From Sphaerodactylus townsendi (lineage: Eukaryota): a DNA stretch of 64,000 bases. Numbering within the stretch: position 1 is the stretch's first letter; every line of letters begins with the position of its first letter. The notes under the pieces were generated by a model. The model had not been told where the DNA came from. It saw nothing but the letters and a program-made list of their open reading frames with translations, and ran no database searches. The position numbers and the translations under genes were made by a program. The stretch is from NCBI RefSeq assembly GCF_021028975.2, contig NC_059434.1, forward strand, positions 45,570,001 to 45,634,000. Direction: 5' to 3'. Below are positions 10,995 to 24,244 of this stretch, piece by piece.

Positions 10995-12639
10995 CCTTTT
11001 CTAGGGTTCCCTCAAACTATGATTAAAAGTGAGCTTGACTATGGTTTTATGTGACATATAATACCAGACATCTTGGCTTTGCCCTGACAAGGTCTCCAGT
11101 GATGTCATCATGCCAGGCTACAGAGGCAGTGAAACCAGCATTCGCAAAGCAACTAGCATCTGGGTGAACTGAGTGCTGGTTTCACACACCAATTAAAAAT
11201 AAAATAAACCTGGTTTTGTGCACTGTCTGAACTCAGGTTTTTCTGCATGTGTATCGGAAAAGACTAATATAAAGTTGATGTTTTTCTGCAGCAGTGGAAT
11301 AATAAATCAAAAACTGATGCTTAAAAACAGATAGGAGCAGCTGTGCATTTAATGTCTGAAGGATTTCACTGTGACCCAACTTCAAGATCCTTAGCTGGTA
11401 GATTGCCAAATGCCAATTCGGGCAGAACAGGGGTCTGATTATACTTTGCTGGTGCATATCTGCAGCTCCTATCAAAAAGCCTGGGTGTTGCTTGTATGGA
11501 AAGGCAGGTAAGGCAAGCCCAAGGGTGAGTAGGAAATAAGAGAAGGAATGGAGTGGGGGGGGGAGCCTATAGGGAGGGGTGGGAAGCAGGTACAGAAAGA
11601 AAGCCAAGAAGTGGGGAAGACTGAATTAGCTGGGAAAAGGTTGATCAATGACAGAAGGAAAAGTCCAGATGAAAAAAAGAGAGAGAAAGAAGATAGAATA
11701 AAACAGACTATTGTGTTGGGGAAATGAGAAGCGTGAATTATAGGGAACAAAACATTTGTGTTTCCCACAGAAAACTTGTCAAGCAGCTTACTGCTGTTTG
11801 TTTTCACATAAAAAGGGGATGATGGGAAAGGCTCGCTCAGTCTTGTCTAAAATCCTCTGATGGGGCTCTCAGAAAGGGTAGATTCCAACAGAAGTTTATG
11901 GAACTAGTTTAATTTTGTCACTCAGCTTACATCAAATATGCATGTCCATCGGGCTCTGATTCTGCAACTGTGCTGACAGACATTTTGAGCCATCACAGGC
12001 AGCATTTGCCTGTCCAGCTGGAGCTGACTGAAAAATGGACATTTAACTCCACACTTAACCCTTTAACATTGCATCCCTAGAAGCAAACTGCTTGAGCATA
12101 CCCCTTGTATTTTATACCAAGGTTCCATAATCCAAACCCTATGCAATTCAAATGCACATAAGGAACTCCATGAAAACAAGGGTTCTCTCCTTTGCTTCAA
12201 TATCATGTGGACCATTCCCTGCCAAATTCTCATAACAGCCCTGCTTGTGTAATGCAGCCTCTAAATAAGGCTGAAATAGGGATATGTATCTAAAAGGGGG
12301 AGGTTTTTTAAATTGAGACATCAGAGATTTTTAAAAAATCAGTATTCCTGATTATCTGGGTTCCAAATACCAGTTTGGCTTTCAGATGTTCCCCTTCCCC
12401 AGCCCAGTATTCCAATAATACCCATCTCCATTATTCCCTATAGGAAATTTTTCCAGAAAGCTGGAGGAGCTTTTTTTTTTTTAGCAAATGGCATCAAATT
12501 TCAGCAGAGTTGCCTGTGCCTGCCCATTAAATAATACTCAAGTTTCAAGTGAATTGGATCGAGGTCCCTACAAGGTGCCTACAGCATCCTGCATTTTGTC
12601 CTATGAGGGAAAATGTTCCATGCTTATTCCAGGGCAAAG

Positions 12640-14520
12640 AATAGCTAAAGACACAAGAGCAAGCAAATCAACCACTGGCCAAAATCCACTTAAAGCAAAA
12701 AGAACCAACAAGTCCAGAGAACCAATGTACATCCAGGGAATCCCAGTGGAAACATGAGACAATATGACAAACCTAACAAAACAAGAATACAACCTGAGAA
12801 TCCAAGCTAATTTCAAAGCAGATAATCCTCCAAGCCAAACTGTATAGGAATGCTGTTGCAAGCCCAACAAATGTAAATCAGAGAATCCAAGCAATATACA
12901 ACACAAGAATCAAAAGCAATGCCAACCCCCAAGAATCCACTACAAACCTAACACAAACCAACTTTGTAAAAAATACAATGTTACAAGACTAACTAACAAA
13001 AGCAATGTCAACAGGCAGAATCAAAATCAGCCCAACACAGCAAGCTGATACCAAGCCTTGAGAAGACACATAAACACAGTAAAATTAAGAACAACAACAA
13101 CAAAACAGTCCTGAGAGCCATAATATGCTAGCTCCCAATATTTTCTGTTACTTATGAATATTTCTGGGATTTTTTGGGACCCATATCCCAATATCCTGGA
13201 AAATCCCAGGTACCATCTGCATACCCAAATGTATCCAGAAAATATTGATAAGGTACTTTTTGGTATATAGTCCAACTGGATATATCTGAGTACACATCTT
13301 TAAGCTGAATGTTTTAAACACCAAACATGTCAAGCAGTTTCAAACATTATGGAGTAGACAGACTGGATCTTGGATCTCCATACTATGTCAGACAAACAGT
13401 GATGAATTTTGAATTCTCACTTCTGGTGTGTTTGATAAAATCAGGACTGTGGGCTGGTACACATGGAGAACCTTCTCCTCAATGCCACTCTGTCCCTGAA
13501 ATAATTCTAGCAGCACTATTTGGGGAAATCCAGATAATCCATGGGATACTACCTGTATTTCCCCAATAGACCAAAGAACAGATCTTTTCCCTTCCTCCTA
13601 ACCCTTGAGAATCTCCCCACAACCTGTATGAGAGAGCTGGAGGACCCTTGGGAATATTGTGGGAAGTAGCTGGAGAAGCAGTAGTTGAGGGGGAGTCCAC
13701 AGAAATAATACAGCCCCACTTGCACCAATAGAAGTTTTGTTCTCTTGTGGAAAAGGGGTGGAGAAATGCTGGCTGTTGGAACGATTATAAAATAATGCAT
13801 CACATGTAAGCAGTTTTGTTGGACAGTCTCGCATGTTGCCATTCTGTTGCTTAGAATCAGCCTATGAAGAGAACCTGCTAAAATAACCAACTGCAAGTGG
13901 CAACCCATTAATGACTCTATTCTTTCTAGATCCAGCACAATAGCATGCCTGTTAACCAATAACTGAACAGACACATCCACACACATAAGACCCTGCAGTA
14001 TCTCAGAGACAGAACTGTCATTCAGCAGAGCTTGAGCCACAGAGTTAGTCCTGTAACCACGTCAGATTAGATTATTGGCCTGCTGCCATACTATTTCTTC
14101 AGGCTTTGTAGGTGACTTTAGAGCAGTCCATCAAGTTCTGGTTGCTACTTTAGCATTAATCATCCCTTTCAAAACAGTATCACCATCCTAGCAAGTCTTG
14201 TCTCTGCACATGACTGTAGATCATGTAGTAGAAAGTGCAGCCCCAGCCCCCTGTCACAAGCCTGGCAAGGTAAAGCCTGATAATCTCTGTTAAGGATTCT
14301 TGATAAAGCAAATATCTGCTTCTCCCGGGTTTGGAGGCTGCCCACATTCCCATGATGTTTTTCAAAGTTAATGACTGAGGGACCAGAAAACATTTTTTTA
14401 ATCACCATGTTAGAAATGCCGTGTTTCTTAATCCTGTGGTACCAGCAGAGGGTTTTTAATATTAGCAATGGTTTCTTGCTGGCTCAGGAGTTCACAGCTG
14501 GATTTCATTGCTAGGCTTAC
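12640..14520 (-). pseudogene. Possible decayed coding relic with a membrane-glycoprotein / env-like layout; identity unknown
   Basis: 163-aa ORF at 13549-14040, with Cys-containing segments upstream in the same frame broken by isolated stops. Downstream are a Trp/Tyr-rich segment and the hydrophobic stretch MALRTVLLLLFLILLCLCVF (13062-13121). No family was confidently recognised. Confidence 0.35.
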
Positions 14521-17227
14521 TGGGGGCATTTGGGATTATTTAGAATGGCTTCAGCCTGAAAGCGGAGGGACTGCTTATTAAATCCAATAAAACAAATCCA
14601 ATGAAATAAGTAAAATGTATAACCAATGTAGTGTTTTGTTCTACTTTATTACACTGGAGAATGACTATTTGTTTATTCACTGCTCAGTATAATCCTAATG
14701 TTTTCCCACTCAGAATTACAAGGAAGGTGGCTATGATGCTGCTGAACCAACTCATCCAAACTCCATGAAGTTAAACTTATCACATCACAGATAACAATCA
14801 CCTCATGCCTGGAGAAGAGCTGTGATCTCTTCTAGGAAGAGAAACTACTTCAATTTCTCACTGTATAATGTCCAGGGTTCTTGGGCCAGGGTATACTTTT
14901 ATCTAGGGGGATGCAGTATGCATTCACTTTATTTTTTTCTCTTATGGCAACCCACACATTGAAAAAAAAAGTTAACTATTGATAATTGACCACCACATGC
15001 CCAGACATCATTATATATGAAGCTCAAGATACTCACAGGCAAAGTACTCCACTGCAGATGTCATTCAAGTCTGAATTATCGCCCTTGAAATATGTAATCT
15101 TCCTACCCATGAAAGTACTATGAATACTCCTTTTATGAATGACTATTTCTGATTACACAATATGTAGTTATTTTAGACTCTTTTCAGTGGGCTGGTAACA
15201 ATTCTCTTTCAAGTACAGATAGGAAGATTAAATAAGATGGTGTTTAGGTGATCCATGCAAAAGAAATATCTCTTGACATTTGAACTAGGAATGTGTGGTT
15301 ACATGACTAATTTGTTGGCCTCCAAAAGGAACTTATCTAACCACACCAATAACTGCTTTAAAGGCTTTCTGGCACTCAGCACGTTGCAGCATTGGCTGTA
15401 TACACAGCTGCTGAACCTTCTGTGCAACAAATATACAGGTATTTCCTATCCTTAACGGTCATCAGCTGTATGATGCTGCTGCAGAGATCCGGTGAACTCA
15501 TTGTGTATAGTAAACATCCAGTGTTGCTGAAGGCAATCAAGTCCAGACTCAGGTTGGTGGTTGTTTTGCTTTACCCAGAATGGCTACTGGTCAGTAAATG
15601 TAGTAGCCCACCCTTATTTTGTTCCCAACCACTGGCAAATGAGTTTGCAATGTGGCAAAGCTGGTGCAAAGCAAACTGAAGTAGCAGTCAGGAAGCACAG
15701 GTGGGGAAGCACAGGAAGGAACAATAATGCTGAAACCAGAAATTGAAGATTGTCTGCAGACTGCTTCCTAGTTTCATTAACTAACCATAACTAAAAGTAA
15801 ACTATGGTTTCACATTGCATCTGAACTGACACACTCTAAAGATCCAATAGCAACTCTTAAAATCTGAGACAGAGACACGAAATTGCACTGGACGCTGTGG
15901 TCACCTGGCCTGTAAATTATTTGAATTGGATCCAACCTGCTTTTTCTGCTAATGGGGAAAAAAAAGAATAAGGGATTCTCTCTGACCACTACCAAAGAAA
16001 GCTATTCTAGGGACCTGCCAAGTTTGAGGGGGGAGGGGTAAAGTAAGGAGGATAATTCAGCAAGATTGAGTGGACTAAATGACTAGATCCAACTGTAGGA
16101 AGAAGAACCAAGATTAGTACTGCAAAATGGATGCTGGAGTGCAGCAAATGAATACATTGAGTTCCTTCAGAAGGAGCTAGATTCAAGTTCAGTAGCACCT
16201 CAGAGACCAACAAAATTTGGGAGATAAAAGCTATTGTGAGCTCCCTTTGTCAGATAAACTTGGACTTTCAGCACTTGTGCCCCCAAATCCTGCTGGTTTC
16301 CAAGGCATTACTGGACTCAAATCTAGCTGTTCTGCTGCAGACCAACATAGCTACCGCCTGAACCTCTCTTCAAATAAAAAAGTGAAATCAGTTCTTTGGA
16401 GAACATGGTGAATTCTTCTAAATGTTAATTGCAGCATGGAGGAATGGCCATGCTGCACAAAAACTGGTTGTTCTTCCTCTTTATTGCAGATCTCCATCCA
16501 TGCAAATATGCACCTTTTAGGGTCCTCTAAAAATAGTTGGCAACTGAGCCAATGTAATAACTTACTGTAATTTCATTACAATCACATACAATATGTTAAA
16601 TTAATGCCCACATTTAAATTAAATATGGTGTGAATGCTTTTTCATTAAATAATAGACCATTTAAATGACTACTCTCCTGCCTAGCTAATGTTCAGGGTTT
16701 TTTATTGAATGTAGTGATGAAAGAAACAGAAAAGCTGAAGTATAAAATTCATATAAGTCAGATGTAACCCTTGTTTCCCATGAAGTTAAATGAGAACAAA
16801 ATTGTTGTTGCCTTTAGCACAAATGAAAGTGCTTTTTAAAATGTACAGAAGGAATATAGAATAATCATAACCACGACAAATATTTCTGATACTTGGTGCC
16901 TGCAGCACTTGCATATTAGATTACATTGGCAACAAGGTAAAGTATTAATGAAACAATTGCATGGATCTGGCTGTGATAAGTTGTCAGGAAGACTATGATC
17001 TCAGGCTAGACAAATATGCAAAGCCAACTTTGGATAGGAACAGCTCCCACTGTACAAACAAGGCCAGCAGGTGAAGGGAGGTGTGTCAAATGGGAAATCC
17101 ATCTGAGTCACTCGCGGGCCATTGTTGTACTATGTCATCAGCAGATACTGGGCCAATGAATATTGCTTGAGAAAAATCCCTGTCATGTAATCTACTGGAA
17201 ATGTGTCATTCAATCATTTCAGCCTAT

Positions 17228-17645
17228 TTAAGTAAGTAAAGCCTTTATTGGCATATACAAGATGACACAATAATAACGATAAAATACACAATGAGCTAAA
17301 ACACATTACTTCAGCTTAAAAAGCTCAATTGGCAAACATAAAATATCAATGACAATTGTATAATATTAATAGCAATATCAATATAATATTGTTAACCATT
17401 TAAAAGTTAATATCCATCTAGGCTTATATGTACAACTTTTAACAGAAATTTTGCTACATTCTCGCAAACAATGGGATCAAGGTTGTCCAAGATTAGAGGA
17501 ATCTTAAGTGCATCAGTTAATTGATTATATAGCAGTGAAGTAAGGGAGGATTGGTTCATTCTAACTTTGGCAAATCTTGTGCAATGAAAGAGAGTGTGAT
17601 CGAGTGTCTCAATTTGGCCCGAATTACATGGACATAGTCTGTCAA
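17228..17645 (-). mobile_element. LINE 3' end (RTE-X-like) with C-terminal CCHC motif
   Basis: Minus frame DRLCPCNSGQIETLDHTLFHC..ENVAKFLLKV, then an AT-rich 3' UTR ending TGCCAATAAAGGCTTTACTTACTT. Confidence 0.7.
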
Positions 17646-19589
17646 TTTGTTGGTATCTATCTAGAGCACTATTGTTGGATTTCAGTCTATTTCTAGATTA
17701 CTCCTTTGGTATGAGGCTGAACATGAATTAAGTAAAAAAATGGAAAAGACTATCCTAACCGGCTCACAACAAACAAACATAACATTATGCAGTGGTCTGC
17801 CAGAATCTTACCAAAACAAAGTGTCATATGATGGGTTTGGATATGGGAAGTTTCCAGTAAGGTGAATTTATGCACACCCTCAGGAAGGCTGTACAGTTAA
17901 AAAGTATTCCTCCACATTTAAATGTGCCTAACAGCAGTAATGTGCAGAGCAGAACTTTGATTTAGGGACTGAGAAGTACCAACAGCACACACCCAAAGAT
18001 GTTGTACAGGAAAGGTAACACATGCTTATTTTTGAGAGAACGCATATAAGGAACAATTCAAAGAACATACCCAGATGTTTCACCTCTTCTCCAACAATGC
18101 AGTCCTAAGCTGTACTCTTGTAAGCCCACTGTATCCACCCTCTCCTCATTAGAAGTCATAAATGTGCACATTCAGTGCATGAAAACATCTTGTCAAAAGT
18201 AGTTCTAGAAATTGAGTAAGATCAGACAAGGGAAGCTGCAGAAACAACATGTCACAGTGTTTTTAGGCTACCTCAAAGTTTGCTGCTAGCCTATTATAAC
18301 ATTTTGAGCTTCTGGCTTCTTTTGTTCTGGGACAACAATGGAGGAAAATAGAACAAGTTCATTCCTAGGGATTTTCTCAGAACAAAATTTAAATAAACCC
18401 TAAAAGACAAATACACTTCAATAGCAAGTTAATAAAATTTCAGAGAAAGGCACAAAGCAGGGTGCAGATGAGCGGAAATTGCAATGCTTCTACGCAATCT
18501 ATTGGGAGGGGGGTGAATAAATGGGAAGTCACCCCCACCTCCTTTTCTAGTGAAGTAGACACTACATGTGTTGTTTCCCCACTTGAAGAAACAATGTATT
18601 CTTTCATGAGATGCAGGTGTTTGAAGCCTTGCAGAAAAGGGGCATTGTGAATAGCAAAGACAGTGGTGGCTGAATGGTTAAGAAGCCCTCCAGCCCTACT
18701 TTCAAGGAAAAGTTGCTGAGAATATTTCTGCTTGCCTGAATTATCACCAAAAGCTGTTTCTTTGTTGGAATGAATATAGGAATTTTAAAGGAAGAGTCTG
18801 TGAAATAGTAGGTGCTCTGCTAAGCATATGTAACTGCAGTGTATATGCCACAAATTGCATAAGAAAACAACATCAGCATAAGAATTACCAGAATACATAT
18901 TTTAAGATGGGGTTCTTATACATTGCCCTCACAGTCCACAGCAAAACAAAAAACCAACTCCCACTCCCCCACATCTAGTTTTTTAAAAGTCTTTGATATG
19001 TAATTCACAAACCAAGATATTTGCTTGGGCATGAGTATTCGTTCTTGGTTTATGTAGGGGTAAACCCATCTTTTCAAAGGCTGAATGCAAACATTATGAT
19101 AAACATCACACTGGTCAGTCTACTAAGTATATGTAACAAATCCTGGTTTGTCTATAATCCTGGTTTCTCTTCTTGTTTTCTCATCTCCACCTTCCAGTGG
19201 GAGGATTACCTTCCCTGTACTGTCATCTCTGTGGTCAGGAGCCGCAAGAGGTGGTGCAACTCAACAACCTATGTTTCAGGAATTCAGAAGTCATATTAAC
19301 TTCAATTAATATAAACGGTGGTTAACAAACCAGCTGCCAAAGCTAGTTTGAATTCCTGGTTTGGTTTCAATCAGGATTTATGGGATAATCTGCATTCTGA
19401 TGTCACAACTAACTGGCGATCAGACTACAGTTCATCAGCTTGAATGTAGATTTAATGGAATAGCAGAACCCCCACCCCAAGAAAAACCTAAGTACATAGT
19501 AATGCCAAAAACATCCTAGGATTTCCCTTAGAATTGTCCACTGAACATCCTCCATCTAAACCAAACAAGAAACACACAAGAAAGACAAA

Positions 19590-20101
19590 GGCTGTTTCCG
19601 CACTGCCGTCGAGGCGCCTCCACGCCGGCAAGAATTCTGCCGGCGTGGAGGCGGAGGCCGTTCACATGCAAGCATGCGGACGGCCTCTGGAGAGGCCGGC
19701 AGACGGCAGGCGGCTCTGCATGGAGCCGCCTCTTCCCCCCTCCCCGTCCCACTCACTGTGTCCCCGTCGTTGGCCTGCTGGCCGTCGAAGCCCCGCCCAC
19801 GTGGGCGGGGCTTCGACGGCCAGCAGGCCGACGACGGGGACAAGGTGAGTGGGACGGGGAGGGGAAACAGTGTGTTCCCGGCGGTGCTGTTCGCACCGCG
19901 CCGCCGGGAACACGCTGTCTGGGGAAAAACAACCCTTTAAAGGGTTGTTTTTCAGGGCGGCCTGACGCTGCCCTGGGGGAGGGGGAGCAACGCCAGGTCG
20001 GCGCTGCTGCTTAGCAGCAGCGCCGCCTGTGCGAATGGCTCCCTGGGGACGGCGTTTATCCCGTCCCCAGGGCGCCATTTAAGGGCCATGCGGAAACGGC
20101 C
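19590..20101. mobile_element. GC-rich Harbinger-type MITE containing a 128-bp palindrome
   Basis: TIRs GGCTGTTTCCGCA / TGCGGAAACGGCC. Flanks AAA / AGA (imperfect 3-bp TSD). The right end resembles the reverse complement of the left end of 345-872. Confidence 0.82.
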
Positions 20102-20529
20102 AGAGAAAATTTGGGATTTACCATATACCTTCCATTGCCTTAGGGCTTCTATTCCTGTCTATCATTTCAAACCTACTTCCTAATGGTTCTCCTCAGATAT
20201 TTCTCTTGGCTGCCTTTTGGATCTTATTTCACTCCTGGATTTTTGACCCTTTGAATAACTGCTGTCTTGTCCTATCCTGGCTGAGGCAGAAGCAAGCAGA
20301 TGGGCATTATTTGTTAAGTTGGCATCTACAGCCTGGCTGTCTAAGATTCCTACCAGTAGGATCCATCAGCCAATCAGGCAGATTGTCCTAATTACACATG
20401 CAATAGCCAAAATTTAATTTGTAATAAGGAGGGAGGAGGGGGAGAAATGATAGAAGGCCAGGACTAAGGAAAACAGTCCAACAGAGCTCAGGCCTCCTAA
20501 TTACGATTGTCAAGGAAATGTTCAGGACT

Positions 20530-21009
20530 GCAGTCTAACTCTTCCATTCTGACAAAGCCTGGCCAGAGAAATCTTTGGAGATTTGGGGGGTGGAGTCTGG
20601 GGAGAGCAGAGCTTGGGGAGGGGAAGGATTCCAGCATGGATGTGATGTCATTCAGTCCACCCTCCAAAGATGCCATTTTTTCCCATGGGAATTGATCTTT
20701 CATCTGGAGAACAGTCATAATCCTGGGTGAACTCCAGGCCCTTGCAGTAGGCTGGGAACTCAACTAAGTCTAGATGAGTATTTTGTCAAATGGCACAAAG
20801 AGCATGCCAAGAATTAGAATTGCAGGTAATGTTGCCAACCTCCACGTGGGACCTGGAGATCTCCCAGAATTACAGATGCTCTCCACTACAGAGATCAGTT
20901 TCCTGGGTAAATGGCTGCTTTGCAGAGTTATACTCTGTGGAGGTCCCCCTGCCCAAACCCCACTTTCCCCAGGCTTCACCCCCAAATTAACCTAGAGTTA
21001 GCAATCCTA
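20530..21009. mobile_element. Two oppositely oriented hAT-like MITE copies (GTTGCCAACCTCCA family)
   Basis: 20550-20765 matches the 5708/6575 family. 20830-21009 is the same family reversed, ending GTTAGCAATCCTA. Confidence 0.55.
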
Positions 21010-21027
21010 ATTATAGGCTAACTATAA

Positions 21028-21570
21028 GGCCCCTCTGCACTGTAGGATTCGACCTTAGTTCAATGTAGGTCCGACCCGGGTACTCCGCTCAGCCGTAGTG
21101 TTCGACTCATGTCTGTCTCTGCTCCCCACCCTCACCGTCAAATTTTTGAGCTCGACTGGGAGGTGCAACTTCCTGGTGAACTCGGATTGCACTCAAGCCG
21201 AAGCCGGTGGAGTGCGGAATCTCCCTTGCCTCAACTCTGCCAGCCAGCCAATCACAGTGCAGTATTTCGGCCATGCGAAGAACGGGAGACTTGTGGTGGC
21301 GGCAAGAAGTGCGCCTTTTAAAAAATCCTCCTATGTAGCTCCTATGTCGGTAAACGGGAAAAAAAGGGACGCGCACTCATGTTTCCCGCCATAGAACAGC
21401 AGCCAATCGGGAATGAGGAGCAGAAGACGTGAGGAGGTAATCCCGCTCTCTGAACTCGGCTCCGGAGACATGAGCCAGCTGCTGTGCAGAGTAACAGAGG
21501 AGTCGAGCTCAGGTAATGATTTCCAAAGACACGAGTTGAACCCTAGTTGCCTCTGCTGTGCAGAGGGGCC
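21028..21570. mobile_element. Non-autonomous Harbinger-like DNA transposon
   Basis: Perfect 13-bp TIR GGCCCCTCTGCAC / GTGCAGAGGGGCC. Left flank TAA; right TSD not matched. CpG-rich interior with two AGCCAATC boxes. Confidence 0.7.
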
Positions 21571-23493
21571 CTTTCTGCATCACACCCTTACTTTCAGTGC
21601 TCGAACAGCTTTGTCTTGTATTGTGGTTAAACTGTTGTGTTCTCTTGGCACCATCAGCCTCACTGATCCCTCATTGTACTTGATAATTCTGTGTAGTGCT
21701 TCGATTTTGTGAGCTGGACTATTTGCTGTCCCTGAGTGGGACTCCTGTTCTCTCTTTCGTTTTAGGCTGGCCTTGGCAGCAGTCCAAGCTCAAAGCAACA
21801 TTTCCAGAGGTGTTAAAGGCACTGCCAAAGATGTAGACCCAAGATAGATTTTATTAAATTTTTAACATCGGTGAAGCAAATTACGAAGCTTCTTATTAGG
21901 TTATGTTGGCAATGGGGGTGCACAGCATGTGCTCTGGAGACCATCGAATTCATTACCACAGCTAGCTGAGGCAGCAAAAAGCACAGGCACAAGGAAAGAA
22001 AAACTGTGTTGTAACCTGCACCTGGGAGAACAAGCAGCCGAAAGCAGTTGATGCCAGCCTACCTGGGCAAAGGAAGTATTTGAATTCATCCAGCTTTATC
22101 CCAGTAATCTATAATAAGTGTAATATGTGTCATGCAGAAGAGAGCACAATCAACTGTACTGAAATTAAGGAAGTGATTTTCAAGTGAGTAGCACAGATGT
22201 ATATCAACTGGATAAGACCACAGATCTCAAGGCTTTTTGGGGAGAAGAGGTTGGTCAGGGCATTCCAGGGAATGCTTACTCTAACTACTAATGGCAATTA
22301 CGCATACTCCAGACCTATTGTAGATTAGGGAGCGCAGCCTTGCAGGACCACTTTTAACATGAAGAAGTGGGAAAATAAAAAGGTGAATATTTCTCCATGC
22401 TAAGGAAAAGATTCAGCTGTTGAATTTCTGCTTATCCTGATGTTTCAAAGACACTTGAGCTTTGCTGTGAGAAAAGTGATGCCCCACCCTGCTACATCCA
22501 GCTCAGTCAACTGCCACCGCTCTTCTAACAAGTTTCAATCTACAGCAGTTCTACACACGCTGTGGAATGAGGTAGAAGAGTGCCCTGTGCCATCAATCAG
22601 ATTGTGGGGAAAGAATGACATTTTTCTAAGTTTCTCTTGATTACTAATATCTGGAGAGTGAAAAACTGCACCACTTGTGAAAGACTATCAACCTGATGTG
22701 CTGATTTTAAATTTGTGGGTAGGTTTTGCTTATTTGTTTGTTTGTTTTACAGGGAGGGGGATTAAACATATTCTCTCTTCCTTGAACACACAGTTTGAGT
22801 GGGTATCTCCCAGTGTGCACTTTAGGATTACACTACTTCATTCAGCTGCATTTGTGTCCCACCATCAAAAATCACAGATCTTCTTTTATATTTCCCCCTC
22901 CTAGCAGTCCATTCCAACTGCAGGAAAGTTAATTCTTCAGATCAGGACTGCTGTGGGGAAAGAATAGTGGAGAAAATCTACAACTCACAGAACCTTCTAC
23001 TGGTAGATTATTGGGTCCTTCCTTAGGCCTCAGGACTGGTTTAAATGTGACTCTGAGTTTCCCTGTGAAAATCTGTCCATGCTTGATATCTCATTTAAAC
23101 AGTATGGCAGCCCATTAAAAGTAATAGTATGTGTTTAGTTAACTCACCAGTACAATTTCCACCTGGGCTATGTATCCTTGACATGCAGCTAAACACACAC
23201 TGCAGCTTAATTCAAACAAAGCAGTGTTCCAGTGGTACCATTTGTAAATATCCATCTTAAAGTCACACCAAGAATGCTATGAGGATGAACATAAAGTTTG
23301 AAAGAGTGGGAATTTCTTTTTGGAATTTCTTTTTGGTTTTTACTCTGTGAAGTACCATCCAGACAGATGACAGTAACAATAATAATATTTGCAAATTTAA
23401 ACACTGGTCTTTTCTGCACAGCAGAAATAAAACATCTTGCAGACATTTTTTAAAAGATCTGTTTTGGCTTTTTTTTTGTTTGCTCCGTGCAAA

Positions 23494-23944
23494 TGTAACC
23501 TCAGCTTGTGGGTTCTGTGGGGCAGAACATGGAATGAGTTTGCAACAACAAATTTTTAAAAACAAAATGGTTTACTTTCTTAACATATAACATATAACAT
23601 CAACATTTAACATCACATTTCAAGGTCCTGTTCAGGTTGCATTTTCAAGTCCTTATATTTACAGTCTACTGATATTGCCAAGTCCAATTCTTCTTTGCAA
23701 GTGGGTTGGCTCCTGAAGACTCCAAGGGCTTGATGAACAGGATTCAACATGATGAAGGTTTCCAGGAGAACTCTCACCTATTACAACCACAAAAAGAAAC
23801 CCTTAACAAGGTGTTAAGGGCTTATACAACCAAGGTCCGAGTCTGGTAGCCTTGTCTCCTCCAACTACATGAGGTCTGCAGCCCACTCCTGCTTTGGGTC
23901 TCCACCCCTTTCTGGGTCAACCCATTCTGAGCATGGGGGTTACA
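23494..23944. mobile_element. Solo LTR (Gypsy- or ERV-type)
   Basis: TGTAACC...GGTTACA termini (TG..CA with 7-bp inverted ends). 4-bp TSD CAAA at 23490-23493 and 23945-23948. Length 451 bp. Confidence 0.82.
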
Positions 23945-24113
23945 CAAACACAAATGTTGCCATCCTAAACAGATCTTTTTTCCCACCTACCGCCCTACAG
24001 AGCTCGTCAATTTCATAGTCGTGCCTGCCATTTTGTGTGCTGCTGCAGAGATTCCCCTGCCTCTGCCATTGGGTGACGAATCTGTAATATATGTATATTC
24101 ACATTATAGTTTT

Positions 24114-24244
24114 NNNNNNNNNNNNNNNNNNNNNNNNNNNNNNNNNNNNNNNNNNNNNNNNNNNNNNNNNNNNNNNNNNNNNNNNNNNNNNNNNNNNNNN
24201 NNNNNNNNNNNNNNNNNNNNNNNNNNNNNNNNNNNNNNNNNNNN
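24114..24244. other. Assembly gap (131 N)
   Basis: Run of n characters. Confidence 0.99.

Noticed and set aside
13062-13121. Hydrophobic peptide resembling hepatitis B surface antigen TM2
   Set aside because: The similarity is compositional and partly due to a TTG repeat. No overlapping polymerase motifs, so the hepadnavirus assignment was dropped.
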